Shown here in pieces: positions 1-7,790 of a stretch of DNA of 41,018 bases. The DNA comes from a virus (taxonomy: Duplodnaviria > Caudoviricetes), in IMG/VR virus record IMGVR_UViG_3300012676_000002, positions 1 to 41,018 of that record; one strand, 5' to 3'. Position 1 is the first letter of the stretch. Every line of letters begins with the position of its first letter. Under the pieces are notes generated by a model. That model was not told the origin of the DNA, ran no database searches, and was given only the letters and a program-made list of their open reading frames with translations. The position numbers and the translations under genes were made by a program.

Positions 1-123
1 TGCGACAATATCAATTTCCCATATGACGCGGTACAGTTTAGATTTTGGCATGGGTAGCCTTCCTTCCCTATTTGAATGTGTGTTGTTGGGCCTCTGTTAA
101 TCCCCGGTTTCCATGATACACAA
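1..123. repeat. Terminal direct repeat, identical to 40896-41018 (circular assembly overlap)
   Basis: Exact 123-bp match of the first and last bases; ORFs read through the junction. Confidence 0.95.
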
Positions 124-691
124 GCCCTATCAAGACTTCTCCGCGTTGTGCTGTTCCGTCGTTAATATTTCCGTCACAGTATCCCGAGTTGATCCTTGCT
201 TCATCCGTTGTAAAGATGCGAGCATGAGGCTTGCTGTAGTCAATGAAGCGGTCTAGTTTCCCGCCTTGTGATTGAATGCGCGTAAAGTTTGATGGTGCCA
301 AACTGAAGTCAAGGTGAAGGCTTTTTGTGTAGGCGTAAAATTGCTTCTGAGGGAATAGAAGCATTATTCTAAGCCATGTATCCAGATACGCTTGATCGAA
401 AAAATCCCCTGAATCATGGATACGGATTGACTCTTGCTTGATCAAATTTAGATCGTGGTACAACGCTTGCTCAAAGTATGGGCGTTGAAATTGCGCCACG
501 TTGAAATTAAACTGACGTGCCGCTTTTACATTCGGATAGACGTAAGCGCCTTGTGTGGAGTAACAAATCGCAGCACATGTTCCCGCTTGAGGGCAAGCCT
601 GAATCGCTGGAAGGCTAAAGGCTACAGTTCCAGTCTTCTTCAGTTTGCGGTTATTGTTAGACCATTTTAAGAGCAAGTGTTTGTTAAGCAT
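68..691 (-). CDS. GP88-like protein (Cys-cluster, radical-SAM-like)
   Basis: Motifs FSLPA..CPQAGTCAAICY, RIHDSGDF and YAYTK are typical of the phage GP88 family; start moved to ATG 691 because of a GGAGG RBS. Confidence 0.7.
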   Translation of the reverse strand: MLNKHLLLKWSNNNRKLKKTGTVAFSLPAIQACPQAGTCAAICYSTQGAYVYPNVKAARQFNFNVAQFQRPYFEQALYHDLNLIKQESIRIHDSGDFFDQAYLDTWLRIMLLFPQKQFYAYTKSLHLDFSLAPSNFTRIQSQGGKLDRFIDYSKPHARIFTTDEARINSGYCDGNINDGTAQRGEVLIGLVYHGNRGLTEAQQHTFK

Positions 692-851
692 TGGCCCTCC
701 TTGCGCGTTCGCGCCTTTGAATGTCATGTAATTGATCTAGTGTCCTTCGATCAGTTCCAGTACGGCGCTCGATTTCAGGGGCGAGCATTTCTACAATGTC
801 GCCGTATTGATCTTCTAAGTGATCATCGTTGAGGTTCTGTGTTTCGCTCAT
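684..851 (-). CDS. Hypothetical protein (55 aa)
   Basis: GGGAGG RBS before ATG 851; downstream of a promoter; overlaps the next gene start. Confidence 0.6.
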   Translation of the reverse strand: MSETQNLNDDHLEDQYGDIVEMLAPEIERRTGTDRRTLDQLHDIQRRERARRANA

Positions 852-873
852 AGCGTGGCCTCCCATACGGGCC

Positions 874-903
874 AGTTTAGAGACATGGCCCTAGGTCTGT
901 CAA
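874..903 (-). promoter_or_regulatory. Sigma70-type promoter
   Basis: TTGACA-18bp-TAAACT on the minus strand. Confidence 0.6.
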
Positions 904-915
904 GGTCTTTTTTGC

Positions 916-1884
916 TTAGACTGCCAATTCTAGCGCTTTAGTCCATGCCTTTTCTTTCAAAGTGGCACCACTACCGAACCATATGGCGTCATTGTGATCT
1001 GTACCTTCCCTCCGGGTGGTGTGGTGATCAACGTACTCTGTCACGGCGTTGTAAACACCCCACAGCGTACCGCGTACCCCGTCAAGGTCCGTTCCTAAGC
1101 CAGATTGTGCAAGGTCTTGCATCGCCGCTACACTGTTTTTCGTGCGGGTCGGAATTTCTTTGGACAGGTCCGACACGTTGTAGCCTAGGACGCTGTAGAG
1201 AAATGCCTCTATTTGCTCGTCATTGACATTTGTTAGGGCCATCCGTTGACACCCCGTGGTAAACTCTGCCTCTTTCTTCGCCAGGTCCACAAACAAATCC
1301 TTAGCTTTCTTGATCTTATTATGGACTTCTGACGTGTGTTTGGACTGGAAGAGATATTCCCCGTCCAACATCGCAAGGTGCAAGGTGTTCGAGCACACCA
1401 CACGGACGGGGGTTAACATGGCTCGAATTTGCTGCGAGCCATCATGCGCCGTACTGAAGAGCACATATTTCTCCACAATGTCTTTACCGATCACCTTGAT
1501 TGATCCTGGTAGTTTGCCCAGAACCCACACCTTGCGCCCACCCCTAATTGCGCCCGCTGTGTGATACTTCATCCCAGACACGCCTAGTTGATCCGCAAAC
1601 GAAAAGACTTGTCGGTTTTGGACTGGCGTATAGCGGGATTTGACAACCGTAAAGGTTTCCCGCGTATCGTCTCTTACCACGCTGAAATGGTCCGCAATCA
1701 CTCCGAATTCGTTTGACACTGGTTTAAGGTTTACCGTCCAATCCATCCCCGCAGCAATGATCGCATCTTCTGCGGTCAACGGCGCTGGTACTGCGTTTCC
1801 TAGCCCATGCCAAGGTTGGCCCTCAGATTGAACGTAGAACATTCGGGCTTGACCGTCCGTTGTAAAGTCTAATTCGTGTGCCAT
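916..1884 (-). CDS. DUF932 / TIGR03299-like phage/plasmid protein
   Basis: PWHGLG, YTPVQN, GGRKVW, HDGS, TPVRVVCSNTL and GTLWGVYNAVTEYVDH motifs; GGAGG RBS. Confidence 0.9.
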   Translation of the reverse strand: MAHELDFTTDGQARMFYVQSEGQPWHGLGNAVPAPLTAEDAIIAAGMDWTVNLKPVSNEFGVIADHFSVVRDDTRETFTVVKSRYTPVQNRQVFSFADQLGVSGMKYHTAGAIRGGRKVWVLGKLPGSIKVIGKDIVEKYVLFSTAHDGSQQIRAMLTPVRVVCSNTLHLAMLDGEYLFQSKHTSEVHNKIKKAKDLFVDLAKKEAEFTTGCQRMALTNVNDEQIEAFLYSVLGYNVSDLSKEIPTRTKNSVAAMQDLAQSGLGTDLDGVRGTLWGVYNAVTEYVDHHTTRREGTDHNDAIWFGSGATLKEKAWTKALELAV

Positions 1885-1887
1885 GTT

Positions 1888-1995
1888 TTAGCCCTCCATT
1901 TTAGGGTTGACTTCACCTGTCACGACATCTTCTATTTCTAATTCATTGTAACCTAAGCTGTGGATTGCGTCAAGCAATGGGCTCAGCCCCTCCAT
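1888..1995 (-). CDS. Small acidic hypothetical protein (35 aa, MEGLSPLLD...)
   Basis: Hand-translated; start overlaps the upstream stop (TAATG). Confidence 0.4.
   Translation of the reverse strand: MEGLSPLLDAIHSLGYNELEIEDVVTGEVNPKMEG
1945..1973 (-). promoter_or_regulatory. Sigma70-type promoter
   Basis: TTGACG-17bp-TACAAT. Confidence 0.65.
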
Positions 1996-2174
1996 TAGTT
2001 TTTAGCTTGTGAGAGTTTGCACGCCGTGAGAAACCGTTCCCTATCAAATCCCGGATTGTGCGATTGACAGAATGTTGCAAGGTCATTCGCAATAATGTCC
2101 ACGCTTAACGGCGCGTCCTGCGAACCCCACCAACGGACCAAAGTAGCTAGCGCTTGAAAGTGTTTAAGAGTCAT
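1995..2174 (-). CDS. Small phage protein (59 aa, MTLKHFQALA...NPGFDRERFLTAC)
   Basis: Hand-translated (below the ORF-track cutoff); GGGGAGG RBS; the NPxFDRxRF motif recurs in small phage early proteins. Confidence 0.8.
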   Translation of the reverse strand: MTLKHFQALATLVRWWGSQDAPLSVDIIANDLATFCQSHNPGFDRERFLTACKLSQAKN

Positions 2175-2177
2175 AGT

Positions 2178-2336
2178 TTAATCCTCCCCGTCGAAGACCT
2201 GAAGGTCGGTCTTCTGACCTTCGGTGTGAATGGCAACAGAGTTAAGGGGCGTGGCAGAAGAAAACACTGCCCCAACACAATAGTTGACCCCGTACACACA
2301 CCCTATTACTACTGCAAGCCATATCAACGCCTTCAT
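2178..2336 (-). CDS. Small protein with hydrophobic N-terminus (52 aa); contains repeat copy 1 in frame
   Basis: GGGAGGGA RBS, ATG 2336, directly after the promoter at 2375-2403. Confidence 0.55.
   Translation of the reverse strand: MKALIWLAVVIGCVYGVNYCVGAVFSSATPLNSVAIHTEGQKTDLQVFDGED
2192..2224 (+). repeat. 33-bp interleaved-palindrome element, copy 1
   Basis: CGAAGACCTGAAGGTCGGTCTTCTGACCTTCGG. Confidence 0.95.
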
Positions 2337-2374
2337 TGTCTGTCCCTCCCGTTTGTTTGTGTCTAACTATGCTC

Positions 2375-2403
2375 ATTCTAAACCCTAGACTGAGAAACGT
2401 CAA
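2375..2403 (-). promoter_or_regulatory. Sigma70-type promoter
   Basis: TTGACG-17bp-TAGAAT. Confidence 0.65.
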
Positions 2404-2417
2404 GGCTTATTCCGTGT

Positions 2418-2456
2418 CGAAGACCTGAAGTTATGGGCCTTCTGACCATACTTCGG
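2418..2456 (+). repeat. Interleaved-palindrome element, copy 2 (39 bp, expanded stem)
   Basis: CGAAGACCTGAAGTTATGGGCCTTCTGACCATACTTCGG. Confidence 0.9.
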
Positions 2457-2469
2457 TGCTAGTTTCGTG

Positions 2470-3110
2470 TTAATTTGGAGCACAACACACTACATTTATG
2501 TACTACACGGGGAATACAGAATTGTATTGTGTGTGTAGTAAATTACATACACTATATATTGTGGTGTCGGATTTCTTTACAGTTTGTAGTGTGTTTTGTG
2601 TAAAGAAACCTGACACCTTGAGTCGGTGGGGCTCAAGTATTGTCTCGTTTCTTCGGCACACACACACACACACACTCACTCCAACACACACAAACATATA
2701 CTCATAACATTGTGTTGTAGCATGTATGTGTAGCATGTTACAAGCGAAGCTCCGAAGGAAGAGCTTCTAGCCTTCGGCATAGCATGTTGTAGTGTGTTTG
2801 CTACAACACACACAACACAACACAATGCCGGATGTATATGTCTGTGTATTTGTTTGTGTTTTGTACTTGTGTAGGGGGGGATGTGCGTGGAAGGGTAGTC
2901 TCTTTTTTGTATTAACAGGAGGTACGCACTCACTAGACCCAAAAAACCTTGATTCCTGGCCCGGAACCCCCTTCGGGCGGGCCTATTAGTGTAATACAAT
3001 ACACACACAACACACACACAACATGGTGATATAGTCAGAAAGCCCTTAAAAGCCTCTAGGAGAAGACTTGAGGTTGTAGTGTGTGTGTTTGTGTTGTAGG
3101 GGAAGAGAAA
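2470..3110. repeat. CA/TG-rich low-complexity non-coding region with (CA)9 tract, TGTAG/CTACA repeats and hairpins
   Basis: (CA)9C at 2657-2675; about 11 TGTAG/CTACA motifs; inverted repeats at 2501-2540, 2563-2617 and 2711-2810. Confidence 0.85.
2745..2777 (+). repeat. Interleaved-palindrome element, divergent copy with compensatory changes
   Basis: CGAAGCTCCGAAGGAAGAGCTTCTAGCCTTCGG aligns without gaps to copy 1. Confidence 0.8.
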
Positions 3111-3204
3111 GGTTCCTAGGAGCTACCAGGGGTTTTTAGGGGATATGACACGGCTATGTCCGAAGGACAGGCCGGGGAAGGCTAGCAGCTTTAAGGGGGT
3201 TCCA

Positions 3205-3237
3205 CCGAAGGTCAGAAGACCGACCTTCAGGTCTTCG
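3205..3237 (-). repeat. Interleaved-palindrome element, inverted copy identical to copy 1
   Basis: Exact reverse complement of 2192-2224. Confidence 0.95.
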
Positions 3238-3304
3238 CCACAGGAGGCTCCCTAGAGACTGTGGTGGGTGAGTACATTTAGTCCCCCTCCGGGGGCCTAA
3301 AGAT

Positions 3305-3333
3305 ATTATAGCATACTTTTTAGGATTTGTCAA
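3305..3333 (-). promoter_or_regulatory. Major leftward promoter (perfect consensus)
   Basis: TTGACA-17bp-TATAAT with extended -10 TG and an upstream T tract. Confidence 0.85.
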
Positions 3334-3423
3334 GAAAAAAATGACAGATAATCCAAAAAATCTTTAAGTGTGGTAAAAAAGACACACACAAACAAAAAAA
3401 GTTCAGATCCGTGCATTTTTTAC

Positions 3424-3452
3424 TTGACTTTTGTTCAAAAGTGTGATATACT
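3424..3452 (+). promoter_or_regulatory. Rightward promoter for the morphogenesis arm
   Basis: TTGACT-17bp-TATACT with extended -10 TG. Confidence 0.8.
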
Positions 3453-3480
3453 ATAAACATACAATCGAGAACTGCCTCAA

Positions 3481-4287
3481 ATGGGTGACATTCCAAATAA
3501 ATCCCCATTGGGGAAAGCTCGTCACGATGTCCGGCACGGACTAGCTTCCGTAGCCCAAGTGGATCTCGTAGCCAAAAAGTGGAAATTCCCCAACAAATCC
3601 GAGGATAAATCCCCGGAAGCTTGGGCAAAGCTGCGTCAGAACATTCCAGCACGACTCTCCAAACGCTACCCCAACGGATATAAAAACGACATGGCCCAGC
3701 GGAAACGCACGGATTCCTTCAAAGAAATTGAAGCTGTGACCAATAAAATCGTAGAAGCCCTCGAAGCTGGGGCTCCGATTCCAACTGCAGCGGCGTATGC
3801 AGGTATCAAAGTCAAAGACCTCGAATATTGGTTAACCAGAGGACACGAACAACCTAGGAGTGTCTACGCGGTCTTTTTGAAGGTCATTCGAGAGGCTGTA
3901 GCCAAGTGTGATCTTGCCGATCTCAAAGCTCTTGGAAAGGACCCAGATTGGCGAGCCCACGAGGCCCGCCTAAAACTTCGCGGGTTCGGGAAAGCAGCCG
4001 AAGGGGAAGATTCTAAAAAAGGGTCGATCACCGTTAATATCCAGAATTTCATGGTTGAGGGCCATCTTCCGGCTCCCAAAGTAAAGGTTTTGAGCCAAGA
4101 GGAAATTGAAGATGCCTTTGAACAAATCCCGGACCAAACGAGCGTTACGGACCAACGTGCGAACGCTGATGAGCGAGGGGAAGCCGACGAAACAAGCTAT
4201 AGCGATAGCCTACTCGATTCAAAGGCGGTCGAAGAAACCCAAATCACTGAAGGGGAAATAAATGGAGAGTTACACACCACGCAATAA
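3481..4287 (+). CDS. Terminase small subunit-like HTH protein
   Basis: IVEALEAG..TAAAYAGI..YWL HTH and a DWRA helix typical of TerS-like proteins; first gene of the late arm; start uncertain. Confidence 0.6.
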   Translation: MGDIPNKSPLGKARHDVRHGLASVAQVDLVAKKWKFPNKSEDKSPEAWAKLRQNIPARLSKRYPNGYKNDMAQRKRTDSFKEIEAVTNKIVEALEAGAPIPTAAAYAGIKVKDLEYWLTRGHEQPRSVYAVFLKVIREAVAKCDLADLKALGKDPDWRAHEARLKLRGFGKAAEGEDSKKGSITVNIQNFMVEGHLPAPKVKVLSQEEIEDAFEQIPDQTSVTDQRANADERGEADETSYSDSLLDSKAVEETQITEGEINGELHTTQ

Positions 4288-4462
4288 CACACTTTTCGAC
4301 CTAGATGAAGAGGAAAAGGGCTCTGCTTGGGGTAAGGCATTGGCAGGATATCGCGCCAAGAAGTTACCTACTGCGGAAATTGACAAATATCGCCAAGCGT
4401 ACCAGAAGAAATTTGGCATGGGTATGGTGAAAACCTTGGCCTCGGGGAGTAAGAAAAAATAA
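4262..4462 (+). CDS. Hypothetical protein
   Basis: AGGGG RBS; coupled to neighbouring genes. Confidence 0.6.
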   Translation: MESYTPRNNTLFDLDEEEKGSAWGKALAGYRAKKLPTAEIDKYRQAYQKKFGMGMVKTLASGSKKK

Positions 4463-4617
4463 TGAAGCCTAAGATGAAAATGTCCGAAGACACCCGCCGC
4501 GAGATGGTGCGGGATATGGTTATCAAACAAAGGATAGCTGGCAAGGTGGACTCAAGATATAAAGGGATCAAAGGTCTTGGTTCAAAAAGCATGAAACCCA
4601 AAGAGAAGGGTCGCTAA
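4462..4617 (+). CDS. Small basic hypothetical protein (51 aa, MKPKMKMSED...)
   Basis: Hand-translated; TAATG overlaps at both ends. Confidence 0.65.
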   Translation: MKPKMKMSEDTRREMVRDMVIKQRIAGKVDSRYKGIKGLGSKSMKPKEKGR

Positions 4618-4910
4618 TGTTTTCTAGTGCAAAATTTGCTGTTGATGCCGACCCTGTTGTGCAATTATTTGCTACAAATCCTAAACGACAATATGTGGCT
4701 ATCACAAATGAAGGTACCAATGAAGTGGCATTGGGTGGTGAGGGAGTAACCTATACAACTGGTTTTATTTTGGCAGCCGGAGCACAGCCTTTTGTGATGG
4801 AATTGAGTCAGTTTAACCGGGCTGTAACTGGATCGCTGTATGCAGTTTGTAACGCGGCTGAAAGCGCAACCGTATCTGTATTGATTTTTACTCGTCCAGA
4901 TATGTCTTAA
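4617..4910 (+). CDS. Small beta-rich virion protein (paralog 1)
   Basis: N-x-x-R...N...V-x-x-GG-x-x-VT-x-x-TGF...SQF-x-R...G-x-LY pattern shared with the next gene. Confidence 0.75.
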   Translation: MFSSAKFAVDADPVVQLFATNPKRQYVAITNEGTNEVALGGEGVTYTTGFILAAGAQPFVMELSQFNRAVTGSLYAVCNAAESATVSVLIFTRPDMS

Positions 4911-4920
4911 AGGTCACACC

Positions 4921-5208
4921 GTGTTTCATGCAAAGGTCGTGACGGTGACAGACGCTAGAACACAAATTGTTGATGTGAATAGCCGTCGTCAAGCTCTTTT
5001 GGTGAAGAATCCCGATCTCACTGATAATGTAAAAGTTGGTGGAGATGCTGTAACATTTGCTACAGGATTTTCAGTGTTAGCCGGTGATACGCTGGTTTTA
5101 GGAACGAGTCAGTTTAGTCGAGAGGCGAAGGGTGCGTTGTACGGTATTGCTGATACCGGCCAATCAGTTCAAATAGAAGTGTTAGAGTTCAACGTGGAAG
5201 GACTCTAA
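4921..5208 (+). CDS. Small beta-rich virion protein (paralog 2)
   Basis: Full-length similarity to 4617-4910. Confidence 0.75.
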   Translation: MFHAKVVTVTDARTQIVDVNSRRQALLVKNPDLTDNVKVGGDAVTFATGFSVLAGDTLVLGTSQFSREAKGALYGIADTGQSVQIEVLEFNVEGL

Positions 5209-5243
5209 TCCCAACATTTCCACACACACTTTATGGAGAGCAG

Positions 5244-6170
5244 ATGTCACGATTAACGAGATTGAACACGAGTCTTTCAAATCCAGCGAACAAAATGGGT
5301 ACCTACTTGGCTGATACCCTGAGCAACGCATTGGCGGGAAATCCGTCTGGAGACTCTTGGTATGTGGACACGGCGAAGGCACAAAGCGGCGTTGGGAATA
5401 GCTGGGATTCGGCTTTTAAGACAGTTGCAGAAGCCGTGTTGGCAGCTTCCGCTAATGACGTAATTTTCGTAGCTCCAGGTGCGTATGCTGAGAACGTGGT
5501 CATCCCTGTTACCAAGCCCAATCTCACAGTCATCGGTGCTGGTGGTCGAGGGTCTACCTTTATCCAAGCTTTGACTAACGGTGTGGCGCTAACTGTCCAC
5601 TCAAAGGATGTCACTGCTGTTAACATCGGATGTGAAGGTGATGGGACAGGTGGTGGTGCCCACATTCTCGGCCGCCGATTCCGGGGGATTGACTGCAAGT
5701 TTGAAGGGGGCGCTGACGCGCTCAAAGTCGGCCCTGCCAGTGTGGCCGCTCAAAACGCCACCAACGACAACGATGCGTCGGACAATATCTACGTTCGGTG
5801 TGAGATCGCCTGGTCTACGGATGGAGTGGTCCTTATGGCGTCTGATTACGGCGCGGTGACTCAGCCTCGGTTCTATGACTGCTGGTCACACGATTTGACC
5901 AATCATATTACTGAAGAGTTGCAAGCAGGGGCAACGGCGAGCATCATGTTTCGTGACTTGGAAGTTCACGCGCATCGGTTCTTGCGGGCTGAAGATGGCT
6001 CGGCGGCAACGGCGTATGTTGAACTGAATGCCAGCAACACGAATACCGGCCTCTTCTCGGACAGTGTGATTGCCCACGCGACGATGGCTTCCGCTGTTCT
6101 TCAGATCGGGACCGGCGTGTTGTGGGTCGGGAACAAGACTGAAGCTGGTGTGGGTGGAAGACCTGCGTAA
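5244..6170 (+). CDS. Pectin-lyase-like beta-helix protein (spike/depolymerase-like)
   Basis: WYVD..G.G.SWDSAFKTVAEAV...DVIFVAPGAYAENV cap motif of right-handed beta-helices; GGAG RBS. Confidence 0.75.
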   Translation: MSRLTRLNTSLSNPANKMGTYLADTLSNALAGNPSGDSWYVDTAKAQSGVGNSWDSAFKTVAEAVLAASANDVIFVAPGAYAENVVIPVTKPNLTVIGAGGRGSTFIQALTNGVALTVHSKDVTAVNIGCEGDGTGGGAHILGRRFRGIDCKFEGGADALKVGPASVAAQNATNDNDASDNIYVRCEIAWSTDGVVLMASDYGAVTQPRFYDCWSHDLTNHITEELQAGATASIMFRDLEVHAHRFLRAEDGSAATAYVELNASNTNTGLFSDSVIAHATMASAVLQIGTGVLWVGNKTEAGVGGRPA

Positions 6171-6259
6171 GAACAAATTATTTCATGACGTGCAGAGCAA
6201 CACACTCAAAGATGCGATTGAGACTGGTATTCCGACCAACTAATTTGGAGAGCTAAACT

Positions 6260-7588
6260 TTGGACTATCGCCCAAGAACAACGGCGGAAGCCGGTGCTAT
6301 TAGTCATGACGATCTCACAGGTGTAACCCCGGATCAACACCACGACCAAGAGCACACACATGATGGAGTTGATGGTTCGGGGGTTGTTGACCACGATAAT
6401 CTTACTAATGTTACACCAGACCAGCATCACGATCAGAGCCACAGCACACCGGACCACACGGATTTTGAATTGACCGATGGCGGTGGTTTAACACTGAATT
6501 TCGCAGCCGGTGTCTATCATATTGATAACTTGATATCAGTATTGTCGGCGGGAACTCTTGTTCTCCCAGATAATACGTCAGCTATGCACGTCTATCTTGG
6601 ACAATCAGGCGTTGCACAACAATTAATCGAATTTCCAACTGAATCGATTCCCCTAGGACTTGTATATACAAGTGGAGGGGTCATTACTAGCATCCAAGAT
6701 CGCAGATCGTGGTTAAGTGGGACAATGCTTATTGCCCACAATCACAGTAACTCACATATTCAAGGTCGTGATTTACTGGTTAGTCACACTGATTTAGATG
6801 ATGTCACAGCGAACCAACATCACAACCAAGCCCACGGGGCCACAGATCACGACCGGACTGTTGTTGACCCCTACCTTATTCCTATTGAAGATCAGTTTAA
6901 TCTCACGACTGAATTTCTCTTCCGAGCAACAGCCATCCTTGATAACGGCTTTGCGAGTTTTCTTTCTAGTGGAACCGTCGGTGGAGGTTTTGGAAATGAT
7001 GACGGGTTGTTATCAATTAATTCTGGGGGCACTGCAACCAACTATGCAACACTCGCCATTGCCTCTCCGACGGGAACAGCAAGGTCCTTAGCGTTATCTA
7101 GCACGTCTATCCACTTCAAAATCTATTTTGATTCGATCAATGCCGTGATCCAAAATATTAAAATCGTAGGGTTAGGTAGTACGACTACTATGGGTACCGG
7201 CTATCAGACCGCAGGAGCCAGCACTGGATGCTTTTTCCGGATTGATGCGACGGCCTCTGCAGTGAATTGGTTTGCTGTGACGAAAGACGGAACGGGGAGT
7301 GGGAATGAAACAACTACTAATACAGGAATCCTTGATAGAGTAGCAACGAGTTTGGCTGCTGACGGGCTCACGATTGAAATTGTTGCTACCAGCACGTCAG
7401 TATCCTACTACATGTCGCTGGGTGTCAATGTGGCTTCTCCGACGTTGATCGCCACACACACAACAAACATCCCAACTGCCGCATTGATTGCTCTGTTGGG
7501 GACCTACCAGAAAGTTACAATCGCTGCGAATAAGTCGATGGAAGTTCGGTGGTTGAAATTCAAATCTGCTCGGACCAACGTGCTATGA
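6260..7588 (+). CDS. Virion fibre-like protein with His-rich repeats
   Basis: Three H-x-x-L-x-x-VT-x-x-QHH-x-Q-x-H repeats and a beta-rich C-terminal domain; TTG start with GGAG RBS. Confidence 0.7.
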   Translation: MDYRPRTTAEAGAISHDDLTGVTPDQHHDQEHTHDGVDGSGVVDHDNLTNVTPDQHHDQSHSTPDHTDFELTDGGGLTLNFAAGVYHIDNLISVLSAGTLVLPDNTSAMHVYLGQSGVAQQLIEFPTESIPLGLVYTSGGVITSIQDRRSWLSGTMLIAHNHSNSHIQGRDLLVSHTDLDDVTANQHHNQAHGATDHDRTVVDPYLIPIEDQFNLTTEFLFRATAILDNGFASFLSSGTVGGGFGNDDGLLSINSGGTATNYATLAIASPTGTARSLALSSTSIHFKIYFDSINAVIQNIKIVGLGSTTTMGTGYQTAGASTGCFFRIDATASAVNWFAVTKDGTGSGNETTTNTGILDRVATSLAADGLTIEIVATSTSVSYYMSLGVNVASPTLIATHTTNIPTAALIALLGTYQKVTIAANKSMEVRWLKFKSARTNVL

Positions 7589-7740
7589 TCGTTCATCTCT
7601 CGCTACTCCCCTTTCGGGGAGACGGTTTAGAGCGTGGCAATTACCAATACGTGGTGTATCTTGAAACTGGTCATTCGTACCTCGGAGAATACTCCACGCA
7701 GAGCCCGAGGGGGCACAAGAGTCGTCATTGGAAACAATAG
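7585..7740 (+). CDS. Hypothetical protein (51 aa)
   Basis: ATGA overlap with the upstream stop. Confidence 0.35.
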   Translation: MIVHLSLLPFRGDGLERGNYQYVVYLETGHSYLGEYSTQSPRGHKSRHWKQ

Positions 7741-7790
7741 TATAGCAGGGTATCCGATTTTTGCACTAGAATACCTAGGAGTGTGATAAA

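Noticed and set aside
2192-2224. BbsI (GAAGAC) sites in the repeat as a sign of cloning or synthetic origin
   Set aside because: Divergent copies lose the sites while keeping base pairing, which fits natural evolution
2498-3017. ORFs in the CA/TG-rich region (2498+, 2503-, 2676-, 2792+)
   Set aside because: Translations are low-complexity (VCVC/HTHT) products of the repeats and lack convincing RBSs
2192-3237. 33-bp palindromic repeats as a CRISPR array
   Set aside because: Spacing is irregular (hundreds of bp), orientation is mixed, and there is no cas operon; the Cas4-like gene is a common stand-alone phage nuclease
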